DNA from: a virus
Lineage: Duplodnaviria > Caudoviricetes
Strand: one strand, 5' to 3'
Length of the DNA: 45,911 bases
Virus record (IMG/VR): IMGVR_UViG_3300009095_000024
Coordinates: 1-45,911 of that record
In this document: in pieces, positions 1-9,009 of the stretch
How positions within the stretch are numbered: position 1 is the stretch's first letter
Layout of the letters: every line of letters starts with the position of its first letter
Made by a program: the position numbers and the translations under genes
Notes under the pieces: generated by a model
The model's database searches: none
Seen by the model: only the letters and a program-made list of their open reading frames with translations
Told to the model about the DNA's origin: nothing

Positions 1-2565
1 GCGACGCTTAGCGCAGAGCCGCTGATCAGCTACGCCTCCAGCGCCAACATGACCGGCGAGCGCGTCGCGACCAGCGGCACGAGGATTACGGTCAGCATCG
101 CGACGAGCGGGCAGATCGAATGGCAGCTCGCAGCGCTCACGGGCTTTGCGTGGGCCGCGGCGAACAGCAATGCGACCACCAGCGCGGAGCCCATCGTCAC
201 CTTCAGCGCCAGCTCCTACATGAGCAACGCGCGCGTGTTGAGCGCCGGCCAGAACACAACGGTCAACACCGCCACGGCCGGGCAGATCCGCATCGACGTG
301 CCGGACCCGGTGACGCCGACGTGGGCCGAGGTGCTTGCCGCGGGGGCCACGAGCGGCGGGACGAGCCCTGTCATCAGCTCGGGCGACCATCTCACGGTCC
401 CGGGCGGACAGGGCAGCACGGGCGACATCCGCAGCGCCGCGGACCTGGCCATCGTGGCCACCACGACGGCGCGCTTCACGGGCGATGACGTGGTCCTCTG
501 GTCTCAGGATGACTTCTTCTTGGCCACCGGCGCGGGCGGCGACATCCGTCTGGCCATCTCCGACGCGGGCGCCTGGTCCCTGGCCGGCACCGACGCGGGG
601 ACGAGCGGCGAGGTGCTCACGTCGCAGGGGAGCGCGGCGCCCCCCATCTGGCAGGCCGTAGACCTGTCCAGCGTCACATACACCGCTGGAACCAACCTCA
701 CGCTGGCGAGTAACCAATTCAGCTGGGATGGCGCCAACATCTACAACGCAACGGCTACCTTCCAGAAGGTGGCGCGTGACCTGGCCGTGGGGAGCACCAC
801 GAGCATCATCGGTGCGTACCAGGACGCGGGCGGCAACGGTGCGTGGTTCCGCTACGAGCGCGCAGCGCTCACGGGCTTTGCGGTGGCCGCGGCGAACAGC
901 AATGCGACCACCAGCGCGGAGCCCATCGTCACCTTCAGCGCCAGCTCCAACATGAGCAACGAGCGCGTGCTCAGCCCCGGCACGAACACGACCGTGAGCA
1001 CGGCCGTGGCCGGGGAGATCAGCGTCGGGGTCGACGACCTGCCCATCGGCGCGCTCGCCGACATCGCCGACGACACGTTCCTCGGCAACGTGTCGGGCGC
1101 CACGGCGGCGCCGGTCGCGGTCTCGCTGGCCACGCTGTCGTCGGGCACGGTCTCCTACAACACGGCCACGAACCAGTTCCGTGTCGTCCAGTCGGCGGGC
1201 TACGCATGGACAGGCACCGGGCACAGCTGGGATGTGACGAACTTCGATGTGCTCGCCGACAACGTGAGCATCGAATCCGACAACGACATGTTTGTCTACG
1301 TGTCGGCGGGGCTGTCCATCAGCACGCACACGACCGCCGTAACGGACGTCGACCCGCTCGACATTCTGATCAACGCCTTCGGCGGGGTGGGCATCACGGC
1401 CAACCAGGCCGCGCCCATGACGGGGCTAACGAACGGGCTCATCCACCTCCAGGGGGTCCACACCCTGGTCGAGGCCGGCGGTGGGGTGTCGGTCTACGCT
1501 GGCACGACGGCGAGCGAGCCAACATTTGGCATCATCGCCCTGGACGCCGCGACGTCGGTAACCGTGGACGCCCCCGCATTCACCGCCACGACCACCGGCG
1601 ACGCGACCATCGCTGCGGGCGATGACCTACTCGGGAGCGGCGCGTCGGTCGACATCCGCGCGGGCGGGACGCCGGGCGGGACGCTGAGCGACGGCGATCT
1701 GGCGCTGAGCGCGACGAGCGGGCTCGGCTTATTCGCCGGGCACGCGGCGACGTCCGTCGATGGCGGCGACATCGTGCTCAACGGCACGAGCGGCGTCTTC
1801 TTGTACGCAGGCGCCACGCCGGTGACGGGTGCGATCGGCATCCGCATCGACTCCAACAACGACGTGCTGATCGAGGCCGATAACGGGCTCGGCTTATTCG
1901 CCGGGGGCGCAGCGGTGAACGTGCCCGCCGGCGAGGTCGTCATCGAGGCGACCGGCGACGTGCAGATTCAAGCCGACAACGGCTTCGGCGTGTTCGCGGG
2001 GCACACGCGGGCCAACGTGCAGGCGAACGAGGCCGTCATCAATGCGGTCCAGGGTATCGCGCTCACCGTCAACGCAACCACCCCGACCACGAACACGAAC
2101 AACGACCAGATCACGCTCACCCCGATCACGCACGTCAACATCGCGGGCGGGCTGCTGCTGACGGGCATCGAGACGCAGACGCTCAGCACAGGCGAGACCG
2201 ACACCACCATCACGGTAGGCGCGAATACAACTGTCCTACGGCTCAACAACACGTCGGGGTCGACGGCCTACATCGTAGGGTTCACGGGAGGCGTGGACGG
2301 GCGCGTCCTGCTAGTGCTGAACGTAAGCACGGCCAACGGCACCGCCGGGTCGATCCGGTTTCAGAATCAGGACACCGACGCCACGGCAAGTAATCGCTTC
2401 CTGTTCAACGTCGATCGAATGGAGCCCACCGATAACGGCGTAGAGTTTGACTTCAAGAATCTGTACGTCACCATCGACCGCGACATGGCGAGCCTGTGGT
2501 GGTACGACGGCACCAGCTCGCGCTGGCGCCTCCTCGAACACGCGCGCTCGGACCTATTCGTTTGA
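1..2565 (+). CDS. Tail fibre / receptor-binding protein, 5'-truncated by the window edge
   Basis: Frame is open from base 1 (ATLSAEPLISYASSANM is a further copy of the internal SAEPIVTFSASS repeat). Gly/Ala/Thr-rich, has a GTSGEVLTSQGSAAPPIW fibre-like motif, and lies upstream of lysis genes. Confidence 0.75.
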   Translation, partial: ATLSAEPLISYASSANMTGERVATSGTRITVSIATSGQIEWQLAALTGFAWAAANSNATTSAEPIVTFSASSYMSNARVLSAGQNTTVNTATAGQIRIDVPDPVTPTWAEVLAAGATSGGTSPVISSGDHLTVPGGQGSTGDIRSAADLAIVATTTARFTGDDVVLWSQDDFFLATGAGGDIRLAISDAGAWSLAGTDAGTSGEVLTSQGSAAPPIWQAVDLSSVTYTAGTNLTLASNQFSWDGANIYNATATFQKVARDLAVGSTTSIIGAYQDAGGNGAWFRYERAALTGFAVAAANSNATTSAEPIVTFSASSNMSNERVLSPGTNTTVSTAVAGEISVGVDDLPIGALADIADDTFLGNVSGATAAPVAVSLATLSSGTVSYNTATNQFRVVQSAGYAWTGTGHSWDVTNFDVLADNVSIESDNDMFVYVSAGLSISTHTTAVTDVDPLDILINAFGGVGITANQAAPMTGLTNGLIHLQGVHTLVEAGGGVSVYAGTTASEPTFGIIALDAATSVTVDAPAFTATTTGDATIAAGDDLLGSGASVDIRAGGTPGGTLSDGDLALSATSGLGLFAGHAATSVDGGDIVLNGTSGVFLYAGATPVTGAIGIRIDSNNDVLIEADNGLGLFAGGAAVNVPAGEVVIEATGDVQIQADNGFGVFAGHTRANVQANEAVINAVQGIALTVNATTPTTNTNNDQITLTPITHVNIAGGLLLTGIETQTLSTGETDTTITVGANTTVLRLNNTSGSTAYIVGFTGGVDGRVLLVLNVSTANGTAGSIRFQNQDTDATASNRFLFNVDRMEPTDNGVEFDFKNLYVTIDRDMASLWWYDGTSSRWRLLEHARSDLFV
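129..969 (+). repeat. Intragenic duplication (~129-237 and ~861-969, offset 732 bp)
   Basis: Near-identical DNA encoding AALTGFAxAAANSNATTSAEPIVTFSASSxMSNxRV twice. Confidence 0.9.
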
Positions 2566-2865
2566 TAGGTGCCCCGGCGGGAGCAACGGGAGGGGGGGAT
2601 ACCGTCGCCGCTCCGCCGAGGCCTGTCCCCCATAGCTGGACACTCCCGGAGGCGGAAGCGAAAAGGTAGGTCCCCCTGATCGGCCGGCGCCGGGGGCTGC
2701 GCACACGCGGAGAAAGAGCACCGCGGCCTGGCAACGATTACCCGATCGTCACCCTCGGGCCCGGCTCATATGCCCCGGGCGGCATCGCGCCACCGTACAG
2801 CGCCACAAACAAGTCAAATCCCAAGCATGGGGATTGTAACGCCCTCCCGCCATGCTGGTCAAACT

Positions 2866-2894
2866 TTGACCACTGATCGTCCGTGCGGTATACT
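2866..2894 (+). promoter_or_regulatory. Sigma70-type promoter for the lysis cluster, probably leaderless
   Basis: TTGACC-17 bp-TATACT, with the ATG at 2900 only 5 nt downstream. Confidence 0.7.
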
Positions 2895-2899
2895 GCTGC

Positions 2900-3154
2900 A
2901 TGGCACGGCTGAACGCGGAGTCTCTCCCCCACCTGGCGCTCGGTGCCCTGCTCGGCGTGGCCGCCATGGCAATCCCGCTCGCATGTGGCAGCGGCGCACA
3001 GCTGAGCCCCCGCATCCGGTGCCAGCTGCAGGCGCTCGAGGGGCTGCCTGCCAATGCCGGGGAGATCAACGTGTACCACGCGCTCGACGCCCTCGACCGC
3101 CTGCGGGCGTGCGGGCGCGTCAAGCCGCCCCCGGGAGACGCAGGTGCGCCGTGA
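2900..3154 (+). CDS. Small lipoprotein (possible spanin-like lysis accessory)
   Basis: Hydrophobic signal ending in lipobox-like PLA-C; first gene of the lysis cluster. Confidence 0.5.
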   Translation: MARLNAESLPHLALGALLGVAAMAIPLACGSGAQLSPRIRCQLQALEGLPANAGEINVYHALDALDRLRACGRVKPPPGDAGAP

Positions 3155-3609
3155 GCCGCGACAAGCCCCCCGACCCGCCGCGCCCTCGTGAGCCCTTCCG
3201 GGTCCTGCGGGGCAACGACACCCCGAGCAGCGCGGCCCCCGTGCCCACCTCGGCGGAGGTGGGGCGACGTCTGGGTGACCTGGAGCTGCTGTGCGACAAG
3301 CTGCTGAAGCGTACGCAACAGACGGCGCTGATGGTGGACGGCTTCGGCTCGAACATCAATCGTCGCTTCGACGTGCTGCACGAAGAGGTGGCCCTGATGC
3401 GCGCGGCGATCATGACGTGCGAGGACGTCAACCCGCCCATCGAGCTCGCCCGGCGGACGCCGGCGGCCAAGGCGCGCCGGGTGTTGCACCTGAGCGGCAG
3501 ATGGGCGGCGTACGGGACGGCGTTTGCCGTTGCCGCGCGCGCGGTAGCCAATGCCGTGCCGGAATACGCCGGGGCAATCGACGGCGTCCTGCGGGTGTTC
3601 GGGCTATGA
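3151..3609 (+). CDS. Membrane protein, possible holin
   Basis: GTG start overlaps the upstream stop; C-terminal hydrophobic segments; directly upstream of the endolysin. Confidence 0.4.
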   Translation: MSRDKPPDPPRPREPFRVLRGNDTPSSAAPVPTSAEVGRRLGDLELLCDKLLKRTQQTALMVDGFGSNINRRFDVLHEEVALMRAAIMTCEDVNPPIELARRTPAAKARRVLHLSGRWAAYGTAFAVAARAVANAVPEYAGAIDGVLRVFGL

Positions 3610-4040
3610 AGTTCCTCGACGTCTGCCGCTTCAGCGCAATCAGCGAGTACCACGTGAGCCAGTGCACGCCGGGGCTGCAACAGGTGTTGCGCCAGGCCAT
3701 CCGCCGCGCGCCGCGCTGGCTGGACTTCGCGGTCACGTGTGGCTATCGGAACGAGGTCGATCAGAACGAGGCCTTCCGCAAGAGGCGCAGCACGAAGCGC
3801 TGGCCCGACTCACTGCACAATCGCATGCCCAGCCCTGCCGCTGACATCCGCCCCGCCTCGCCGTTCGCGCAAGGGGACTGGCAGGACGTCGTCCGCTTCG
3901 GGCGCATCATCGGCTTCCTCGAGCTCGTCGCCATCGACGAGGGGGTGCCCCTGCGCTGCGGGCTCGACTGGGACATGGACGGGCGGACCATTGACGAGAA
4001 GCTCCGGGACCTTGGGCACATCGAGGAGATGGCCGCATGA
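3606..4040 (+). CDS. Endolysin, M15 family L-Ala-D-Glu peptidase-like
   Basis: Motifs TCGYR..DQ, DSLHN...AAD, CGLDW and DLGHIE are typical of phage M15 peptidases; real start is ATG 3606. Confidence 0.85.
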   Translation: MKFLDVCRFSAISEYHVSQCTPGLQQVLRQAIRRAPRWLDFAVTCGYRNEVDQNEAFRKRRSTKRWPDSLHNRMPSPAADIRPASPFAQGDWQDVVRFGRIIGFLELVAIDEGVPLRCGLDWDMDGRTIDEKLRDLGHIEEMAA

Positions 4041-4279
4041 AACTAGTAAGACTGCCGTGGGCCGCGGTGCTGAAGCTCGTCGACTTGGGCTTCACCATCG
4101 CGGAGGGCATCGACCGCCTGCTGACCAGGCGCAAGCAGCGCAAGCGGCGCGAGCGGGACGGGCTGACCTGGCGGGACATGGCCGAGCTCAAGCGCGCCAG
4201 CGAGGACCTGGCGCGCCGAGCGGCGGCCCCGACCATGGTCATCCCTCCCCCTTCCGAGCGCGAGCGTGAGCGTCGCTGA
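4037..4279 (+). CDS. Hypothetical protein
   Basis: ATGA overlap with the endolysin stop. Confidence 0.6.
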   Translation: MKLVRLPWAAVLKLVDLGFTIAEGIDRLLTRRKQRKRRERDGLTWRDMAELKRASEDLARRAAAPTMVIPPPSERERERR

Positions 4280-4589
4280 GCAGTGCCTGGCCTATGAGCT
4301 AGAGCAGGCCGCCATCCCCGGCTGGGATCTGACGCCGCAGTATCGGTTTCACCCGACCCGCAGGTGGTCGTTCGACTTCGCGTTCCCTTCCCAGCTGGTG
4401 GCCATCGAGGTCGAGGGCAAGCGCCACACGACCTATGCCGGCCACCGGAAGGACTGCGAGAAGTTCAACGAAGCGGCCCGGCTCGGCTGGCGCGTGCTCC
4501 GCTTCCCCGCCGCGCAGTACCGCCAGGCCCAGCAGTGGGCCCAGCTGGTCCGCGACGTGCTGCTCAGCCCCCCTCCTCCTCCCACGTGA
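4266..4589 (+). CDS. PD-(D/E)xK nuclease, Vsr/DUF559-like
   Basis: YRFHPTRRWSFDFAFP..VAIEVEG...DCEKFNEAARLGWRVLRF motif pattern. Confidence 0.8.
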   Translation: MSVAEQCLAYELEQAAIPGWDLTPQYRFHPTRRWSFDFAFPSQLVAIEVEGKRHTTYAGHRKDCEKFNEAARLGWRVLRFPAAQYRQAQQWAQLVRDVLLSPPPPPT

Positions 4590-4785
4590 TTTCGAAGTGG
4601 ACCGGGCGGTCCTCGCCCAGCTCGATCTTCTCGAGCCCGAGGTCGTAGGAGTACGTCTCAACCGAGAAGGTGAGCGTGCCCTTCCCCACGGGGATCTCGC
4701 TCTCGAGCAGGCGCGCCAGGTCCTCCACCGTGATGAAGCCCCGCTTCGTGTGCTTGGTCCGGTAGGACTGCAGCGTGACCTTCAT
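4564..4785 (-). CDS. Hypothetical protein (MKVTLQSY...)
   Basis: ATG overlaps the stop of the exonuclease gene; normal composition. Confidence 0.55.
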   Translation of the reverse strand: MKVTLQSYRTKHTKRGFITVEDLARLLESEIPVGKGTLTFSVETYSYDLGLEKIELGEDRPVHFEITWEEEGG

Positions 4786-6476
4786 GCGGCCTCCCGCATC
4801 CCGAGCTCTTCCTCGGAATAGCCGAGCTCTTCGGGGCAGTAGAGCCCGAGCGTAGCGCCGGGCCAGAGCAGCCGCGCGAGCTTGCTCGCCGCCGTCTTCG
4901 CGAGCATGTCCTGCGGGCGCTTTTCCCAGTTGCCAGGCTTGCCGTAGTTGCCCGACTTGGCGAGCCCCGCCTGGACGGCTTCCTCGATGGTGTAGGCGTA
5001 GGTGACCGGGCGCGGGTGGCGCTTGTGCTTGCCTTCCCACACGCACCGCGTGGCGCTCAGCTCCACCGGCATCAGGTACTCGAAGTTCGGGTCGCGCTCG
5101 ACCAGGGCCCGCAGCAGGTCGGCGCTCGCCACCGGGCGGCCGTCGATGACGTGATGGCCGGCGAGCGCCGTCGTCGCCCCGAGCCCTAGCTCCTTCCCGC
5201 GCAGCAGCACCGCGAAGATTTGCGTGGGCGTTTTGAATTGGGGGTACAGCTCGCTTGCGGCGATCCATTCGCTGATGGTCCGCGCGCTCACCAGGTCGAG
5301 CGGCTGCAGGTCGTGCGTCACCAGGCCGTAGCGGTCCGACCGCACGATGGCGGTCGACTTGGCAGGGCGGGGGCGCGCCGGCGTGGCCCCCTTGCGGCCC
5401 GGCTCGTTGCTGGCCGGGTCGCTCTCACCCTGCCGCTGCCGCTCCCGGTCGTATTCCTGCTCGAGCAGGTCCGGATCCTTGGCAGCGCGCGCCGACTCGG
5501 GCGCCGCCTCGCGGGTCTCCCCCTCCTCCGGGTCGCGGTCGTTCGCCTGCTCGACGAAGCGGGCCTCGTAGACCTGCTTGGCCTGCTCGAACACCTGCTC
5601 GTCGGGGCCCGGGGTAGCGTTGGGCATGAAGCCATCCATCTCGACGTCCATGTCGCTGCGTTGTGGTGGGGTTGCGACCGGCGCGTGCCGCACGAGCAGC
5701 GCGTCGGCATCGACGGGCGTTTTCCGGTCGAGGGTCACCAGCTGCAGGCTCAGCCGCAGGGCTTCCCAGTTGTCGGCGAGCGCCCGCCATTCTGCCGACG
5801 CCTTCGCGCCCATCGTGGACGCGGCCGCCATGGCGTCGGCGAGGCCGGCCAGGGTGTGGTGGCAGTTGACCAGCTTGGCCGCCTTGACGGGGCCAATGCC
5901 GCGCACGCCGGGGATGTTGTCCCCGTCGTCGCCGCAGAGCGCTTGCCAGAGGGGGATCTGATCGGGGGACACGCCGAACTTCTCGCGCACCCCGTCGGCG
6001 TCCCGCACCTGCCAGTCACGGTCACCGTGGGGCGGCACGTACTGCACGACGTTGCCGGTCACGCACTGCGCCAGGTCCTTGTCGGGCCCGACGATGCGCA
6101 CGTCGGGGCACCACTGCCCGTACACGTGCGCGAGGGTCGCTATGACGTCGTCGGCCTCGTAGCCCTGCGACCAAGCGAAGTTGAAGCCGGCGAGCTTGAT
6201 CTGCTCGTACAGCCACTTGCGCTGTGCCCGCTCCTCGGGCTCCATCGCGGGGCGGTTCGCCTTGTAGGCCGGGAAGACGTCGGCGCGCAGATAGGGCGGC
6301 GCGTCCCGGCAAATGATGACGTGCTCGACGCCGTCCCGCAGGCGCTGCAGGTCGTGGAGCGTGGCCTTCGCGGCGGCGTTCCGCTCGCCCAGCGGGATGG
6401 TGTGCCACCGCTTCTTGAACAGGTAGGAGAGGTCAACGAGGGCAATCGATGCGGGCTGGGTAGGGGTGGAGGTCAT
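4782..6476 (-). CDS. 5'-3' exonuclease (FEN/PolI N-terminal) fused to a RecT-like single-strand annealing domain
   Basis: N-half: LVDLS, YKANR, GYEADDVIATL, DKDL, GDDGDNIPGVRGIGPVKA. Acidic linker. C-half: GKELGLG..AL..HVIDGRP, W..RPQDML.KTA..KLAR..WP...GLY.PEEL. Confidence 0.85.
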   Translation of the reverse strand: MTSTPTQPASIALVDLSYLFKKRWHTIPLGERNAAAKATLHDLQRLRDGVEHVIICRDAPPYLRADVFPAYKANRPAMEPEERAQRKWLYEQIKLAGFNFAWSQGYEADDVIATLAHVYGQWCPDVRIVGPDKDLAQCVTGNVVQYVPPHGDRDWQVRDADGVREKFGVSPDQIPLWQALCGDDGDNIPGVRGIGPVKAAKLVNCHHTLAGLADAMAAASTMGAKASAEWRALADNWEALRLSLQLVTLDRKTPVDADALLVRHAPVATPPQRSDMDVEMDGFMPNATPGPDEQVFEQAKQVYEARFVEQANDRDPEEGETREAAPESARAAKDPDLLEQEYDRERQRQGESDPASNEPGRKGATPARPRPAKSTAIVRSDRYGLVTHDLQPLDLVSARTISEWIAASELYPQFKTPTQIFAVLLRGKELGLGATTALAGHHVIDGRPVASADLLRALVERDPNFEYLMPVELSATRCVWEGKHKRHPRPVTYAYTIEEAVQAGLAKSGNYGKPGNWEKRPQDMLAKTAASKLARLLWPGATLGLYCPEELGYSEEELGMREAA

Positions 6477-6829
6477 GGGGTCTCTTTCTGGTTGGCAGCC
6501 CGGCGCTGTGCCGGACGGCAGTAGATGACGGCGCCGGTGGCGCGGCCGTAGTGCTCGGCCGCCTCCAGCGACAGGAAGCGCTCGCCGGCCACCTCGAGTA
6601 TCCAGGGGTGGCTCGGCACGATGAACGACGCGAGCTCGGTCGGGCGGTAGTAGAGGGGGCGCTGGTTCAGGTAATCGTCGAGCGCGTCGGCGGGCGTGGC
6701 CCCGACGCCGTAGTCGTCCAGCTCACAGCGCCGGCACAGGGCGACCTGCTGTCCGACGGCCTCGGTCAGCTCTAGGCAGCCGCCGCAGATCGTGCACGGC
6801 GTCGCCAGCTTCACAGCGGAGACGGTCAC
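6473..6829 (-). CDS. Hypothetical Zn-ribbon protein
   Basis: CxxC...CxxC; overlapping start/stop with neighbours. Confidence 0.55.
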   Translation of the reverse strand: MTVSAVKLATPCTICGGCLELTEAVGQQVALCRRCELDDYGVGATPADALDDYLNQRPLYYRPTELASFIVPSHPWILEVAGERFLSLEAAEHYGRATGAVIYCRPAQRRAANQKETP

Positions 6830-7017
6830 GCGGCCACCTCCTCGGCGTCGAGCTCGACCACGCGGTAGGTGTAGGACGAGTCATCGAGGGCACGCATCGA
6901 TGCTTCCCAGTCGGCCATCTCTCGGTCGACGAAGCGGACCGGGCACCGTGCCCAGTCAGCGTCAGCCTCCCCGTACAGGGAGACGGAACGCGCGGTCGCA
7001 TATTCGATCATGAACAT
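6826..7017 (-). CDS. Hypothetical protein (start re-called at ATG 7017)
   Basis: GGGAG RBS before ATG 7017; promoter directly upstream. Confidence 0.55.
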   Translation of the reverse strand: MFMIEYATARSVSLYGEADADWARCPVRFVDREMADWEASMRALDDSSYTYRVVELDAEEVAA

Positions 7018-7032
7018 GAGCAACTCCCGGTC

Positions 7033-7061
7033 AATGTACACATAAAGGTGTTCGCGTGCAA
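7033..7061 (-). promoter_or_regulatory. Sigma70-type promoter with overlapping operator
   Basis: Minus strand TTGCAC-17-TACATT; GTACAC-N6-GTGTTC at 7036-7053. Confidence 0.7.
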
Positions 7062-7065
7062 GGGG

Positions 7066-7275
7066 CTATTCTTCGATGGGCGGCAGGTTTCGCAGGGCGT
7101 ACCGGCTGGCGGGGCCCCGTGCCGAACCGCGTCGGCGGCTGCGCGCGGTGCGCGACTGATCCACCCTGAAACACCGGCGCGGCTCGCCGAGCGCCGGGGC
7201 TCGCGTGTCGGGGTCGTCACTACGCGCGTCCCTTGCGACGGCGTCCACCCACCCCGGTTTCAATGAGTCGTTCAT
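7066..7275 (-). CDS. Hypothetical protein
   Basis: AGGAGG RBS upstream; fills the gap in the minus-strand operon. Confidence 0.4.
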   Translation of the reverse strand: MNDSLKPGWVDAVARDARSDDPDTRAPALGEPRRCFRVDQSRTARSRRRGSARGPASRYALRNLPPIEE

Positions 7276-7867
7276 TCTCCCTCCTATCCCAGACCACTAT
7301 GACCACGCCGAAAGGCGGGTTCTTCGATGTTCGGTTGCCGATGGGGGCGCCGCGATTCAGGAAGCAGCGGCGCCCAGCCAGGAAGCGCGTTTCAGGCGAT
7401 GCGCCCGGCGCGTCGATGGGCGAGCGCCCGTCGCGCTTGGGCTCGATGAACGTCTGCCACCAGGGCTGCTCGGTCCTGTTCGCCGGCAGCAGCATCACGA
7501 CGGTGGCCGAGCAGAACGACGCTTTGCACACCCATGGCTCGATGTTGGAGAACGGCGGGTTGCACCAGATGCGCTCGCCGAGCGCCCAGTCCTGCGCCAG
7601 CCCATCGATGCCCGCCGCCTCCGGGTCGCCGACGAACGTGTCGCCGAACAGGCGCAGCTGCCGCGCTTCGAACGGCGTCGCCGGGCCGAGCGAGTAGTAC
7701 CGCGCACACTTGGCGTTGTGCCGCGCTGCCGCCACGTCGAGCGTGAATTGAAACTCCGCGTTCAGCGGGTCGAACACATCCGCAGGTGTGCCCCGGTCGT
7801 CCACATCGTCGAGCGCCCCGCGGCGCTTGACCTGTGCCGGGTGGTTGCGGGGAGCCGTGGCGAGCAT
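7220..7867 (-). CDS. Phage N6-adenine DNA methyltransferase (phage Dam family)
   Basis: TP..F..LN.EF.FTLDVAA..HNAKC, DGL.QDW and catalytic WCNPPFS motifs. Confidence 0.9.
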   Translation of the reverse strand: MLATAPRNHPAQVKRRGALDDVDDRGTPADVFDPLNAEFQFTLDVAAARHNAKCARYYSLGPATPFEARQLRLFGDTFVGDPEAAGIDGLAQDWALGERIWCNPPFSNIEPWVCKASFCSATVVMLLPANRTEQPWWQTFIEPKRDGRSPIDAPGASPETRFLAGRRCFLNRGAPIGNRTSKNPPFGVVIVVWDRRENERLIETGVGGRRRKGRA

Positions 7868-7870
7868 CGC

Positions 7871-8944
7871 TCACGCTGCCCCTCGCTGTGCGCGAGCCAG
7901 GCGCGCGAGCTCAGCCTCGAGCAGCTCCCGGGCTCTGCCGAGCCCTAGCGAGTCGACCACGCCCCGTTCGTCGAGGTCGCGGAGGATGGGCCCGAGGTCG
8001 ATGCCGAAGCGCTCAGCGAACGCCTGGTGGCGCGCAGTGGGCTCTAGCCGCAGGCTCGCCGCCGCCCTCGCCCCGCGAGGCCTGCTCGCCGCCTCCGCGT
8101 CGCGCTTGGCTTTCGCCTTCGCGGTCTCTTCCCAGGTCCGCCACTTGGGCAGCAAGAGCCGCACGTAGTCGTCGCGGTCGAGCACGCCGCGACTGCCGCC
8201 GATGGGGCCGTTGCGCAGCTCGGCGAGCTGCTGGTCGAAAAACTCCGGGGAGACTCCGACGATCGCAGCCTCGGCCCGCAGCTCGTCGCTGGGTTCCCAG
8301 CCGGCCAGGGTCCGGTACACCGCGGGCAGCGTCGCGTCCGCCTCGGTCGGGGCTTCCGCGCCCGCGCGCTTCCAACCGGAAGATGTTGATCCAGAGATCC
8401 GTTGTTGAGATCCAGAACACAACAACGGATCTTCTAAAGAGGGGGGTGCAGGGGGGAGGGGCGCAATCCGAGCTTGGGCCGAGTCAGAAAACGGGGTTTC
8501 GAGGTCAGGAAACGGCTTTTCTGACTCGCCAGACCCGCTTTCTGACACGGGCTCGGTCAGAATGTTTTCTGACGCAGTCGAGCCGCCTCGTGTGTCCCAG
8601 TACCGTTTCCTGGCGTATGCTCGACGCCTCGCCATCTTTTCTAGCCGGGTCTGCTCGGCATACTCGGCGGCCGTAGCGACAACCACCCACCCGGCGCCCT
8701 GGCGTACGATGATGGGCTCGGATGTAGGGTCCGCGGGGTCCGGGGTGCTCAGCAGGGCGAGCGCCTCCTTCACCTCGTCCACTGTGCACAACGTGGCGAG
8801 CGCTAGCCCCGCAGGTGCGGCCTCGACGTACCCTTCGAGCGTGGCGCGCAGCTTCAGCCACAACCACACCCGCAGTACGTGATGCGGGAACAACCAGAGC
8901 CGGGCGGTAACGGTGGACGCTGGGATGGGGACGAGTGTGCTCAT
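7871..8944 (-). CDS. Putative replication initiator (N-terminal HTH, C-terminal DnaT-like region)
   Basis: Lambda-O-like layout; S/E/P-rich middle encoded by repeats; W.PS...F...DY...W.TW C-terminal pattern. Confidence 0.55.
   Translation of the reverse strand: MSTLVPIPASTVTARLWLFPHHVLRVWLWLKLRATLEGYVEAAPAGLALATLCTVDEVKEALALLSTPDPADPTSEPIIVRQGAGWVVVATAAEYAEQTRLEKMARRRAYARKRYWDTRGGSTASENILTEPVSESGSGESEKPFPDLETPFSDSAQARIAPLPPAPPSLEDPLLCSGSQQRISGSTSSGWKRAGAEAPTEADATLPAVYRTLAGWEPSDELRAEAAIVGVSPEFFDQQLAELRNGPIGGSRGVLDRDDYVRLLLPKWRTWEETAKAKAKRDAEAASRPRGARAAASLRLEPTARHQAFAERFGIDLGPILRDLDERGVVDSLGLGRARELLEAELARLARAQRGAA
8388..8573. repeat. Putative replication origin (iterons)
   Basis: TTTCTGAC/GTCAGAAA-type motifs at ~8483, 8504, 8518, 8539, 8556 and 8566; 13-bp inverted repeat 8395-8407/8420-8432; four GATC sites; locally AT-richer. 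Confidence 0.6.
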
Positions 8945-9009
8945 TGCGGGGCCTTCCTTGGCGTTGGGGAGGCCCCGGGCGCGTCCATGCGCCCGGGGCT
9001 AGCGGGCGC

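Noticed and set aside
129-969. Diversity-generating retroelement TR/VR pair
   Set aside because: No reverse transcriptase, differences are not adenine-specific, and both copies are in-frame internal modules.
2566-2860. Structured ncRNA after the tail fibre gene
   Set aside because: Only an imperfect GC hairpin (~2576-2618); no family features recognisable.
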